Positions 10,004-19,310 of a DNA stretch of 64,000 nucleotides are shown here, in pieces (the stretch's first letter is position 1; each line of letters opens with the position of its first letter). Position numbers and translations under genes: made by a program. Origin of the DNA: an uncultured Verrucomicrobiae bacterium (GTDB lineage: Bacteria > Verrucomicrobiota > Verrucomicrobiia > Limisphaerales > Palsa-1400); the NCBI GenBank assembly GCA_963702845.1, contig OY969763.1, positions 3,648,001 through 3,712,000 of the forward strand, read 5' to 3'. The notes under the pieces are model-generated. The model was given only the letters and a program-made list of their open reading frames with translations, ran no database searches and was not told where the DNA came from.

Positions 10004-11902
10004 CTAACGCAATCGCTGGCAAGCGTCTTTGACGATCCAACGGGTCTTCTCCAGCGCGCACACGGCCGCCGCACTATCTTTGCCGGTGATTGCAACCACG
10101 ATGCGCACAGCGCGCTCGCGCAACTTCTTGTTGGAGGCGTTCATGTCCACCATCAAGTTGCTGACCACTTTGCCGATCTGCACCATCGAAAGCGTCGTCA
10201 ACATATTCAGGACGAGCTTCGTTGCCGTTCCCGCTTTGAGCCGGGTTGAACCAGTCAAAACTTCGGGACCGACTTGCGGTGCGATCACGATGTCAGGCAT
10301 CGATTTCGCTGGAATGTCCAGGTGCGGATTGAAACAAAGGAAAACAGTTTTCGCACCGCGCTTCTTCGCGGCATTCAGCGCACCCCAGACAAACGGCGTG
10401 CGTCCACTCGTTGCAATGCCGATCACCGTATCGCGCTTATTCACGCCACGATTGTGAATCGCTTCAATGCCCGCGATGACGTCGTCTTCCGCCCCTTCAA
10501 CAGAACGCCACAATGCGCTCTGTCCGCCAGCGATGATGCCTTGCACTTTGTCCGGCGGAACACGGAACGTCGGAGGGCATTCCGAAGCATCGAGAACACC
10601 CAGTCGCCCGCTCGTTCCCGCGCCGACATAAAGCAACCGTCCACCACGATTGAATGAATCAACAATGAACTCAACCGCCTGCTCGATCCTTTTCGATTCC
10701 TTCAGCAACGCGCCCGGAATCTGGTTCTCTTCTTCGATCATCAACTCGATTGCTTTGCTCAACGGCAGTTTATCGAGGTTCAGCGAACGCGGATTGCGTT
10801 GTTCCGTCGGCGACAAAGTCGTCGATGTCGGGAAAATGGAAGTATCGATTTCCGATTTGTGAACGACGATCGGCACATATTTACGGGTGAGCACTTGCGC
10901 GCCTTTGCTGAAACGTTCCTCAGCAAGTTCGATCGTTCCCCAAATACTTTCGCGCTTCGACGGCGTGACGAACGCCTTCGGCCACATCTTCATCAGCTTG
11001 GTGCGAACCAGCGCGGAAAATTTCGGCTGCTTGAGCAATACGCTGCCGGCAAAAACAAATTCAACAGACGCATTTGCCTTCACCAGGCGCTTCGCGCAAT
11101 TGACTCCGTCGACCGCGAGACTTTCTGCCGCGCTCTCCAAAATGTCCTTGGCAACCTTGTCGCCCCTTTGCGCCGCTTCGAAAACTTTGATCGCAACGCG
11201 TGCGATGTCGGGTTTGGACGCTGTCTTGCACCAATCGATCAAATCGTCGGGCTGATTCAGCAAAAGAAATTCCAGGACAGAACGACCGAGCAAACCCAAT
11301 TCACCGTCGCGGTCCAGATAGTAGACAATCGCCTTCAAGGCACGCAGCCCGATTTCATAACCGCTTCCCTTGTCACCGATGATATGTCCCCAACCGCCCA
11401 GACGCGCCGTCTTCCCTTCGCGCGTGCGTCCGAAACAGCACGAACCGGTTCCGCTCAAAATCAGGACACGCGCCTGATACTTGTGCGCGTTCACATTTTC
11501 GGCCGCGACTAGGGCAGGCTCCAAGTCGTTGGTCGCGTAGCATGGTATTTTAGGCCAGACTTTCGCTGCCGCTTCCCGGACACGCTCACGGTCGGACTCG
11601 TTTCGCGCACCGGCAATACCAATAACAATACCCGCCAAAGGAGGCATTGATTCGGTTTGAATAGTGCGGACACGTGTAAAATGTTGGATGAGTTGGTGAT
11701 CGTCCATTAATCGGACGTTCGCCGGACCATATTCCGCGCGTATGCACGGAAGGTCATCGCCTTGACACAAGAGAACGGTGCTGCGCGTGGCGCCGCATTC
11801 AATCCCGAGCAAGGCACTAGGTTGGGTTTCTATTGCCCCGGACATTTTGGATTTGGGTTTAGGTTTGGGTTTAAATTTACGTTTTGGTTTTTTCAAACGC
11901 AC
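10004..11902 (-). CDS. murQ: Fusion of BadF/BcrA-type N-acetyl-sugar kinase and N-acetylmuramic acid 6-phosphate etherase
   Basis: N-half ILSGTGS, GGWGHIIGDKGSG. C-half TEQRNPRS, GAGTSGRLGVLDASECPPTF, GPEVLTGSTRLKAGTATK. Alternative start ATG at 11845. Confidence 0.9.
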   Translation of the reverse strand: MRLKKPKRKFKPKPKPKSKMSGAIETQPSALLGIECGATRSTVLLCQGDDLPCIRAEYGPANVRLMDDHQLIQHFTRVRTIQTESMPPLAGIVIGIAGARNESDRERVREAAAKVWPKIPCYATNDLEPALVAAENVNAHKYQARVLILSGTGSCCFGRTREGKTARLGGWGHIIGDKGSGYEIGLRALKAIVYYLDRDGELGLLGRSVLEFLLLNQPDDLIDWCKTASKPDIARVAIKVFEAAQRGDKVAKDILESAAESLAVDGVNCAKRLVKANASVEFVFAGSVLLKQPKFSALVRTKLMKMWPKAFVTPSKRESIWGTIELAEERFSKGAQVLTRKYVPIVVHKSEIDTSIFPTSTTLSPTEQRNPRSLNLDKLPLSKAIELMIEEENQIPGALLKESKRIEQAVEFIVDSFNRGGRLLYVGAGTSGRLGVLDASECPPTFRVPPDKVQGIIAGGQSALWRSVEGAEDDVIAGIEAIHNRGVNKRDTVIGIATSGRTPFVWGALNAAKKRGAKTVFLCFNPHLDIPAKSMPDIVIAPQVGPEVLTGSTRLKAGTATKLVLNMLTTLSMVQIGKVVSNLMVDMNASNKKLRERAVRIVVAITGKDSAAAVCALEKTRWIVKDACQRLR

Positions 11903-12050
11903 ATTTCAGACGCACATTAATACATTGTCAACGAACCGTTTTCCACGTTTTTCTACGGTTTAACGTCATTTTTCTTTCGATAGCGATGGTGTATGTTACA
12001 ACACGCCCCGGTAGCAAGGGAAAGCTCATTTAAACCTTTTTACCCGTATT

Positions 12051-12272
12051 ATGACCGCCGCCGAACGCGAAATCCTGGCCACTCTGGAGCAAATCCAATC
12101 TGCTGTCGCACACATGCGCACCGCCAATCCCAAGCCGGACTTAAAGCCGCTGTTCGCAAAATTAGACAACCTTACCAAAAGCCTTCCCAGGGAAACCGAC
12201 CCGCAACTCTTGCACTTCCTCCATCGCGGCAGCTACGAAAAAGCGCAGCAATGGTTGCAAGCGCAAAACTGA
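12051..12272 (+). CDS. Small helical hypothetical protein
   Basis: 73 aa ORF with protein-like composition, divergent from murQ. Confidence 0.7.
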   Translation: MTAAEREILATLEQIQSAVAHMRTANPKPDLKPLFAKLDNLTKSLPRETDPQLLHFLHRGSYEKAQQWLQAQN

Positions 12273-12419
12273 GGTCACCTCAGTCACATCCCCTATCTGC
12301 ACGTCCGGTTTCGACGGATAGCTCTGCCTACAAGATGTTAATAAAAAGTAACAAGAACGTCTTGAACTATGACAAGAGCTTCGACAATGTCGCACTGCGA
12401 ATCTTCGGATGCCGCGGAA

Positions 12420-12785
12420 ATGAAACCTAAAGCTGCCGCAACGTATTTAAGCCTCCTCGTCCCTTCCGGTCTCTTTTTTGCGATACTTTGGTCATGGCTC
12501 GCTCCGAACCGCTTCTACCACTGCGCTGACCCGGTTCCGATTCAGTCCTTCATACCGCCCTTTCTGCATAACCATGCTGGCAGATACATTGACTCCTTCA
12601 TCGCACCAGAAATTGCCGTTTACATGACCTGGCTGACGTTCCTCATCCTTGCGCTCGTGCTACCCTTGATCGCGAGCTTCGCCATTGTGCGCGCGTTCCG
12701 TTTCAACCGCTGGCGCGAAGTCCGCCGCGCCGCCACGTCACGTCCACCCACCATGCGCGCTAATTCGATGACGCGAGGGAAATAA
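12420..12785 (+). CDS. Hypothetical membrane protein
   Basis: Two hydrophobic segments; ATG at 12420. Confidence 0.55.
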   Translation: MKPKAAATYLSLLVPSGLFFAILWSWLAPNRFYHCADPVPIQSFIPPFLHNHAGRYIDSFIAPEIAVYMTWLTFLILALVLPLIASFAIVRAFRFNRWREVRRAATSRPPTMRANSMTRGK

Positions 12786-12843
12786 ATTCCCTTCCTGCGC
12801 TTCACCCGTGTTCATTCGCTGTTTCATCAGTGGCAAAAAAATC

Positions 12844-12871
12844 TTTAGCCTTCAGCCTTTAGCCGTTAGCC
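12844..12871. repeat. Intergenic heptamer tandem repeat (TTTAGCC-like x4)
   Basis: tttagcc ttcagcc tttagcc gttagcc. Confidence 0.8.
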
Positions 12872-12881
12872 TTTCTTAAGA

Positions 12882-13289
12882 ATGTCCGCCTCAAAACAGC
12901 TCAAAGAAAGCCAGCGCGCTGCCCAGAAACATCACGAACTGATCGCCGAACTACAGGAATTGGTTCAAGACATCACCCGCTGCGAAAAAACGATCACCGC
13001 ACTGCAAATCGAGTTGAATGAGACGAACGCGAAATATTCCGGCCAACGAAACACCAAACAAGACGTCGAATTTCTGACCGTGTTACTAGATTGCTCTAAA
13101 CGCAAACTGGCCTGGGAAAAACAAATCGCGAGCCTGCAGAAACGCACGCCTGAACTGCTGGAACGGATGACCAGCTTCCTGAACGACCCGGTCAACCCAC
13201 CGAGCAACGAATCGCGCGCGCAGATTTTGGAATCACTCCAAGCCGTTCAATCCACCATGGAAAAACTCCAAACCATCGGAGTTTCGTAG
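12882..13289 (+). CDS. Coiled-coil hypothetical protein
   Basis: 135 aa ORF rich in L/Q/E/K with heptad character. Confidence 0.75.
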   Translation: MSASKQLKESQRAAQKHHELIAELQELVQDITRCEKTITALQIELNETNAKYSGQRNTKQDVEFLTVLLDCSKRKLAWEKQIASLQKRTPELLERMTSFLNDPVNPPSNESRAQILESLQAVQSTMEKLQTIGVS

Positions 13290-13310
13290 AGCTCGATGAT
13301 ATTCTCCCAT

Positions 13311-13356
13311 TTGAATCTTGGAGCTTGAAGCTTCTTTGAATTTTGGAGTTTGAAGT
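13311..13356. repeat. Intergenic heptamer repeat (TTGRAGY-like, two triplets)
   Basis: ttgaatc ttggagc ttgaagc ttct ttgaatt ttggagt ttgaagt, between convergent genes. Confidence 0.75.
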
Positions 13357-13371
13357 TTCCTACCCGGCCCT

Positions 13372-14691
13372 TCACGCGCCAATAATCTTCTTCACCAACA
13401 CCCTAGCCGTCGTCACTGGTTGCGGCCCAATCTTGTACGCCTCGTGCAACATTGCCAGCGCTTCAGCCAGCTTCTCGTTGCTGTTATAATGGACCGTTGC
13501 GATCGTTTCCCCCGCCTTCACGGCATCGCCAATTTTCTTGTGCAATTCCAATCCAACCGCGAAATCGAGCACATCCTCCTTCTTATTGCGCCCCCCACCC
13601 AGGACCAGGCTGGCGACGCCGACCTGTTCGCATTGCACACTCTGGATATAACCGCTCACATCCGCCTTGAAATCGATTCTGTTTTTCGCTGTCGGCAAAC
13701 GTGACGTGTCATCAACCACCTGTGCGTCACCCTTTTGCAACTGCACCATTTCGCGAAACCGATTCAGCGCCTCGCCGTTCATGATCATTTCTTCGGAAAG
13801 TTTCATCCCGTCCTGCACTGATGCAACGCGGCCGGCCAGATAAAACATCGACGCCGCCAACCCGAGCGAAAGCGCGCGCAAATCTTCGCTCATTGGCTTG
13901 CGGTCACCGTGCAAAATCTCGATGCATTCCAAAACTTCGAGCGCATTACCAACACATCGGCCGAGCGGCTGATCCATATCAGTAATTAACGCCGCCATTT
14001 TCTTGCCCATGCGTTCGCCGGTATCGACCATCATTTGCGCAAGCAACTCGGCGTCCTCCTGCCGTTTCATGAACGCGCCCGAACCGGTCTTCACATCCAA
14101 CACCAGCGCATCGATTCCCTCCGCCAACTTCTTGCTCATAATGCTCGCGCAAATCAGCGAAGGACTTTCGACCGTCCCCGTCACATCGCGCAACGCGTAC
14201 ATCTTTTTATCCGCCGGCACGATCTCGGCCGTCTGCCCGACAATCGCGCAACCGCATTGCTTCAAAACGGACATAAACTCATCCGGCGACAAATTCACAT
14301 TAAAACCCGGAATGGCTTCGAGCTTATCAAGCGTCCCGCCCGTATGGCCCAAGCCGCGACCACTAATCATCGGCACGGTCAGCCCACCGGCCGCCACAAT
14401 CGGCGCCAGAATCAAAGAAGTCTTATCCCCTACTCCACCGGTCGAATGCTTATCAACCTTTACACCCGAAATCTCCCGCAAATCCATGACCTTACCGGAC
14501 GCCAACATCGCCTCCGTCAAAGCAGCGGTTTCAGCCGTAGACATGCCCTTCAACAAAACCGCCATCATCCAACAAGCCATCTGGTAATCGGGCACATCTC
14601 CGCGAGTGAAGGCTTCGACCAGTGAGGTAATTTCTTTAGGGGTAAGCTCCGCTCCATCGCGCTTTTTGCGGATCAAATCAACAGGACGCAT
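13372..14691 (-). CDS. pdp: Pyrimidine-nucleoside/thymidine phosphorylase
   Basis: IRKKRDG, DKHSTGGVGDK, SGRGLGHTGGTLDKLE, SIMSKK, LDVKTGSGAFM. Confidence 0.95.
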   Translation of the reverse strand: MRPVDLIRKKRDGAELTPKEITSLVEAFTRGDVPDYQMACWMMAVLLKGMSTAETAALTEAMLASGKVMDLREISGVKVDKHSTGGVGDKTSLILAPIVAAGGLTVPMISGRGLGHTGGTLDKLEAIPGFNVNLSPDEFMSVLKQCGCAIVGQTAEIVPADKKMYALRDVTGTVESPSLICASIMSKKLAEGIDALVLDVKTGSGAFMKRQEDAELLAQMMVDTGERMGKKMAALITDMDQPLGRCVGNALEVLECIEILHGDRKPMSEDLRALSLGLAASMFYLAGRVASVQDGMKLSEEMIMNGEALNRFREMVQLQKGDAQVVDDTSRLPTAKNRIDFKADVSGYIQSVQCEQVGVASLVLGGGRNKKEDVLDFAVGLELHKKIGDAVKAGETIATVHYNSNEKLAEALAMLHEAYKIGPQPVTTARVLVKKIIGA

Positions 14692-14756
14692 TGCCATTAT
14701 TAAACCGCAAAAAACACACAAAACGCAAAGCTATTCCACGTATCCCAAGTCTCCGC

Positions 14757-14804
14757 GTATCGCAGGTTTCCAAACCTGCTGTATCGCCGGTTTCCAAACC
14801 GGCA
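14757..14804 (+). repeat. REP doublet (GTAT foot + palindrome, 24-bp units)
   Basis: GTATC-GCAGGTTT-CC-AAACCTGC followed by GTATC-GCCGGTTT-CC-AAACCGGC. Confidence 0.88.
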
Positions 14805-14910
14805 GACGTAAGAAATTTCAAAACCATAAAAACTTACCCCAAACCTCCGTCAACAACACACCTCCATCAATCCCTCTCGACAATCATCAACCGAATTTTA
14901 GGATGAAATC

Positions 14911-15153
14911 GTGGAACGCCCCGACGACGACCAAACAAACCGCGGACTCGATCGAGTTCCCCACGAACTTCGTGCCGACGGCATCAAAGCCGATTCCCGC
15001 ACGCCACTTCGCTCAGGCATCCACAGCCGCGGATACTTGCCCCACATCAAACGCGAAGGCGCATCTTACTTTGTTACGTTTCGTCTGGCTGGTGCGTTAC
15101 CAAAAGAAGTTCTACTGAGATTCGAAGCCGAAAAAGCCCCCCGATTACGGTGT
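14911..15153 (+). pseudogene. Truncated 5' copy of RAYT (REP-associated tyrosine transposase)
   Basis: SRGYLPH...YFVTFRLA motif; homology to the downstream copy ends near 15153, just before the second REP doublet. Confidence 0.8.
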
Positions 15154-15162
15154 GTCGCAGCC

Positions 15163-15210
15163 GTATCGCCGGTTTCCAAACCTGCCGTATCGCCGGTTTC
15201 CAAACCGGCA
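15163..15210 (+). repeat. REP doublet (second copy)
   Basis: GTATCGCCGGTTTCCAAACCTGCC GTATCGCCGGTTTCCAAACCGGCA. Confidence 0.88.
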
Positions 15211-15314
15211 GACGTAAGAAATTTCAAAACCGTAAAAATTTACCCCAAACCTCCATCAACAACACACCTCCCAATCCCTCTCGACAATCATCAACCGAAT
15301 TTTAGGATGAAATC

Positions 15315-15994
15315 GTGGAACGCCCCGGCGACGACCAAACAAACCGCGGACTCGAGCGAGTTCACCACGAACTTCGCGCCGACGGCATCAAAGCCGATGC
15401 CCGCACGCCACTCCGCTCAGGAATCCACAGCCGCGGTTACCTACCACACGTCAAACGTGAAGGCGCATCTTACTTTGTTACATTTCGCCTGGCTGATGCG
15501 TTACCAAAAGAAGTCCTGCTGAAATTCGAAGCCGAAAAAGCCCAACGACTGCGACGTTTGGACTTAATGATTAAACGCGGCGAAAAGTCGAACGTTACCT
15601 TGATTGCGGGCACGGAGCTTGTCATCTCCGACGCCCCGATATAGCCGAGTTGGTCGCCAATGCCCTGAAGTTTTTCCACAACGAACGTTATTTACTGAAC
15701 GAATGGGTCGTCATGCCCAATCACGTCCACGCGCTGCTTTGGCCAATGCCCAACCATTTGTTGAGCGAGATTCTAAAATCCTGGAAACAGTTCACATCCA
15801 GAAACGCAAAGCCGATTCTGAAACTCGATGGGGAAGATGAGTTCTGGCAACGAGAATTCTACGACCATTGGATACGTAACGACGACGACAACGCGCGCAT
15901 TGCGCGATACATTCGTAACAATCCGGTCACCGCAGGCTTGTGTGCGCGGACGGAAGATTGGCGATGGAGTAGTGCCAATGCTCAGCCGACTTAG
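15315..15994 (+). pseudogene. RAYT / Y1 HUH transposase, frame broken near 15585
   Basis: RGYLPH, YFVTFRLADALP; after a frame change VERYLDCGHGACHLRRPDIA, HUH motif VVMPNHVH, FWQREFYDHWIR, catalytic YIRNNPV, WRWSS. Confidence 0.85.
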
Positions 15995-16016
15995 CAAGTA
16001 ATCGATATCTCGAGGC

Positions 16017-16065
16017 CTGCCGATTTGGAAATCGGCGATACGGCAGGTTTGGAAACCTGCGATAC
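16017..16065 (-). repeat. REP doublet, inverted, closing the RAYT locus
   Basis: Reverse complement GTATCGCAGGTTTCCAAACCTGCC GTATCGCCGATTTCCAAATCGGCAG. Confidence 0.88.
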
Positions 16066-16122
16066 TCCAAGGAACGCTTTTCCTTTGCGACAGCTCCACG
16101 CGCAAGGTAGGTTTGATTTGCC

Positions 16123-16737
16123 ATGAAAAACATCATTTCCACCTCATGCATCGTGGCCGCTTTGCTCCTGCAAACAATCCACCTCCATGCCGACCAGGTG
16201 GACATGCAAAATGGCGATCGCTTCATCGGCAAGGTCCTCTCGCTCGATACGAACACGCTCGTTTTGAAAAACGAGAACCTGGGCGCCATCCGATTGCCGC
16301 GCGCCAAGGTGTCAAACGTGACGTTTGGTTCGAACACGGCAACAAACGCGGCACCGGCGGCGATCGTCCCAAACAGTCAACCGCCAACACCAGCGGTCGT
16401 CACGACAAACGACCAGGCCGATTTGGCCGCTTCCCTCAAAGCGCTCGGCGCGAACACGAACTTTATCAAGCAGGTGCAATCGCAATTTCTCGCCGCCGCC
16501 GGTCCCGAAGCAAACGCCAAGTTCAACGAAATGGTCTCCGGTATGATGAGCGGCAAAATGGACATCAATGGCCTTCGCGCCCAAGCGAAACAAGCCGCCG
16601 CCAACCTGAAGCAATTGAAACGCGAAACAGGCGACGACACCGGCATGCTGGACGGCTACCTTTCAATCCTCGAAAACTTCTTACAAGAGAGTGCGCCCAG
16701 CACTAATTCTCCGCCCCCGAAAGCAAAACAGAACTAG
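16123..16737 (+). CDS. Exported hypothetical protein
   Basis: Signal peptide followed by ADQVDMQNGDRFIGKV; P/T/A linker; helical C-terminal part. Confidence 0.8.
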   Translation: MKNIISTSCIVAALLLQTIHLHADQVDMQNGDRFIGKVLSLDTNTLVLKNENLGAIRLPRAKVSNVTFGSNTATNAAPAAIVPNSQPPTPAVVTTNDQADLAASLKALGANTNFIKQVQSQFLAAAGPEANAKFNEMVSGMMSGKMDINGLRAQAKQAAANLKQLKRETGDDTGMLDGYLSILENFLQESAPSTNSPPPKAKQN

Positions 16738-16925
16738 ACCATCGCGCGTCGTCGCGCCTTCGTCGCCCCGAAACCTCCCCTGTCCGCCATAGCCTTCGGC
16801 GACGGCGGAACGCCAGAAATTTGCAACTTCTGGACTCCGCTCTCTTTCTCAAAAACACGCACCCTTTAAATCCCTTGTTCGCTTATTAAAAATCTGCGAA
16901 CGCTTGTCGTATATTAATAGTTGAT

Positions 16926-17216
16926 ATGCGAGCAAAGCTGCAAACGTGCATTTTGGTTTTGGTGCTTGGCGGCCTGTGCCTTGGCATATTCAGTTTCGTT
17001 GGCGATCGTCTGCAGCCTCACTGGGTGCTCCAGCTTGGCGGTGCTGATTATGGGCTGTGGGTTATAAAATCGAACGTATTTTTGCTTTTCCGCAGTGCGC
17101 AGTTCGAGATTTCACGTTTCATAGATACGACAGCTCTTTCCATGCTCGCGCTTGGCTTAATGGTAGGCATGTGGGCTCGGCACAGAGGACGAGGGCGATA
17201 TGGCGCGTCTAACTAA
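16926..17216 (+). CDS. Gene-cassette ORF 1, small membrane protein
   Basis: 96 aa with two hydrophobic segments; its last codons overlap the attC R'' box GTCTAAC. Confidence 0.7.
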   Translation: MRAKLQTCILVLVLGGLCLGIFSFVGDRLQPHWVLQLGGADYGLWVIKSNVFLLFRSAQFEISRFIDTTALSMLALGLMVGMWARHRGRGRYGASN

Positions 17217-17330
17217 CCGCTCCAGCCAACACCCGCCGCTCTTGGCATTTCCATTCCGGCGGATATTCTGTTGTCACTGGCTGCGGCCACGTCCCGCTCC
17301 GGCGGCTGCGGCTGAGCTGAAATGTGAGGC
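17207..17330 (+). mobile_element. Integron attC site 1 (124 bp)
   Basis: R'' GTCTAAC; L'' GCTCCAGCC vs L' GGCTGAGC with one extrahelical base; inner CCGCCG/CGGCGG arms; R' GTGAGGC (non-canonical GTG). Confidence 0.8.
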
Positions 17331-17339
17331 ATATACAAC

Positions 17340-17657
17340 ATGAGTGACGTTCGGCCATTAAACCGTGCCGTGTTCGTGCCCGATTGGGTGTTCATCGTGT
17401 TATTTGTGACCACCCTCATTGGTTCTATCGTCACTCAGACCGTTTGGTTCCTTGTTGGCCTTGTCGTTGCAATTCTCGTACAAGGTTTTTACGTTTGTCT
17501 GATTGCCCGTTGTCCCAATTGCGGCGCTCGTGGCTTTTTATTGCGCGGTGGCGAAACAACGGGATACGATCGCCCATATCGCCTGCATTTGGAGTGCCGA
17601 CGTTGTCGCACGCTTTTTGACACAGGCCGGATTCGGAAGAACGAGTACTCTAATTAG
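17340..17657 (+). CDS. Gene-cassette ORF 2, membrane protein with C-terminal zinc ribbon
   Basis: ATG 10 nt after attC1; two TM segments, CPNC...CRRC; followed by R'' GCCTAAC, which is 6/7 complementary to the upstream GTGAGGC. Confidence 0.75.
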   Translation: MSDVRPLNRAVFVPDWVFIVLFVTTLIGSIVTQTVWFLVGLVVAILVQGFYVCLIARCPNCGARGFLLRGGETTGYDRPYRLHLECRRCRTLFDTGRIRKNEYSN

Positions 17658-17899
17658 CTCATGATGAAATCGGTGCCTAACGATGGCGCTTCAGCGCCTA
17701 TGAGGTTTGTCAATACGTAGTGTGCGTCGATGATAGTTTTTTTGGGGTTGATCGCGCGGAGCGCAGTGGAACGAAGCGCAGTCGCGCGCGGCAGGCGGTT
17801 GGACATTGGTTCGATCCGCACCTGTTGTTCTTCTCGAGTCTCCGCTTATCTGTTCCTCTTCAAAGTTCCTTTCTTATTTCTCTCAAAGCAGGTTGCGTG

Positions 17900-18110
17900 A
17901 AGTTTGCTGCATCGGTGTCGCCGCGTTTTGTGTGTCGGGAGTTTGTCCCGCACCAGCTCCTATCCGGACAGTTGAGATAAGACTCAACGCCCACTGTGTC
18001 TTACTTGCCTGACTGCGGCGACCGGGGAGTCCGCCCCTTCTAACGGACGGATGAACGCAAGGTTCACCAGCTGAAGCTACGGACTGGACTCGCCCGATCG
18101 CAAATTGTTT
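17900..18110 (-). ncRNA. Candidate bridge/seek RNA of the IS (boundaries approximate)
   Basis: Target-matching segments at 18068-18077 and 18009-18018, donor-matching segment at 17957-17963, separated by hairpins (GTCCG..CGGAC, TGAAC..GTTCA, GTTGAG..CTCAAC). Confidence 0.7.
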
Positions 18111-18158
18111 CACGCTCTTAACTCTGGAGGTTCTACTCACGAAAAAATTAAATGTGGT

Positions 18159-19310
18159 TCACACGCCGACCCAGCCGAGGTCTGCCATGGTGCAACGGCC
18201 GGTTCGCCAGCGCCAGAGGTCCACGGCCAGTTGCCGGGCAAGGGCAATGACAGTTTTCTTCTTCATGGCCGTGCCGGCGGCAAGTTTGGTTTTCATTTTA
18301 AGTGCGGCCTTCCACCCCGGTTGCCACATCAGAAAACGCCAGACCGCTTCCACCAGGATCGCTCTGACTCGTCCGTTGCCCATGCGATCGATGCTGCCGA
18401 CGCGCCGTTTGCCTCCTGAACTGTGTTCGCCCGGGCAACATCCGGTGTAGCTGCCAATCTGTTTGCGATTGTGGAAGCGCTGCCAGTCGCACACTTCGCC
18501 TTCCAGTGTCACAAGAGTGATCTCGCCAAGGCCCTTGGGCCGTGGTTGTTCTTTGACCCGCGCAATCAGTTCCTCTTCCAGTTCCTGCCGTTGTGTCTCC
18601 ATGGCGACGAGGACCTCGCGGAGCTTTTCGAGAACACTGAGCAGCCACGGATCGAGGGTGGAAAGTTTTTTCCAGTTGCGCGCTCCCCACCAGCGATGGG
18701 GCAGTTTGACGTGGCTGTATTCGGCGGCTTGGCCGTGACCGCGATTGGCGAGCATGCGAATGGCTTTGTTGAGGAACTGTCTTCGTCGCGTGCCTTCGCG
18801 CTGGCGCTGCTCTTTGTCCGAAGGAATGCGGATGGGTGCAAGTTCGTTGATGTTGCCATCAACCCAGCGAGAGAGGCGCAGGCAAAGAGCGCGCGCGTCC
18901 AGCTTGTCGGTCTTGCGCTGGCCGTTGAGGGCAATCGGCGTGATCAAAAAACTTTGCGCACCGGCGGCGACCAGTTCGCGATGGAGCACGAAGCCGAACC
19001 CACAGCTTTCCTGCACGCAGAAAACTTGCAGGCCTTCGCTGGTCCACTTCTGAACCTGGGCGATGAGTTGCTCACGGCTGAATTTGCGTGGCGCTTGGGG
19101 TGAAGCGTGATCACGTTGGGCTACCGCCATGATGAACTCCAGATGCACGTCCAGGCCAAGCTTGAGAGCCGGTTTGCCGGCAAGCAGCACAGGACGTGGC
19201 AAAGGCTGGCGCGGCGGCACGTTTGCCAGCTTGCCCGCGGCAGGCACGCTGGTTAGGGTTGGGACTGTCATGTGGGGTTTGAGTAAATATGTTTTCATTT
19301 TCAAAAACAT
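18159..19310 (-). CDS. IS110-family DEDD transposase/recombinase
   Basis: GLDVH, QESCG, KTDKLDA (D-E-D-D); C-terminal RFHNRKQIGSYTGCCPGEHSSGG...GNGRVRAILVEA with the catalytic Ser. Confidence 0.95.
   Translation of the reverse strand: MFLKMKTYLLKPHMTVPTLTSVPAAGKLANVPPRQPLPRPVLLAGKPALKLGLDVHLEFIMAVAQRDHASPQAPRKFSREQLIAQVQKWTSEGLQVFCVQESCGFGFVLHRELVAAGAQSFLITPIALNGQRKTDKLDARALCLRLSRWVDGNINELAPIRIPSDKEQRQREGTRRRQFLNKAIRMLANRGHGQAAEYSHVKLPHRWWGARNWKKLSTLDPWLLSVLEKLREVLVAMETQRQELEEELIARVKEQPRPKGLGEITLVTLEGEVCDWQRFHNRKQIGSYTGCCPGEHSSGGKRRVGSIDRMGNGRVRAILVEAVWRFLMWQPGWKAALKMKTKLAAGTAMKKKTVIALARQLAVDLWRWRTGRCTMADLGWVGV

Noticed and set aside
14757..15557. Diverged direct repeat as a DGR template/variable repeat pair
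   Set aside because: Differences are not adenine-specific, many are synonymous, and no reverse transcriptase is present.
14757..16065. REP doublets as terminal inverted repeats of a DDE IS
   Set aside because: The enclosed protein is an HUH/Y1 enzyme, and the same units occur on their own at 22205.
17695..17699. Alternative IS boundary using the CT at 17698-17699 as the left core
   Set aside because: It adds 3 nt to the attC arm, shortens the junction promoter spacer to 14 nt and breaks the CTCCTAT donor-guide match.
17720..18140. Short ORFs in the IS 3' region as passenger genes
   Set aside because: Weak starts and no motifs; the region is better explained as structured non-coding RNA.
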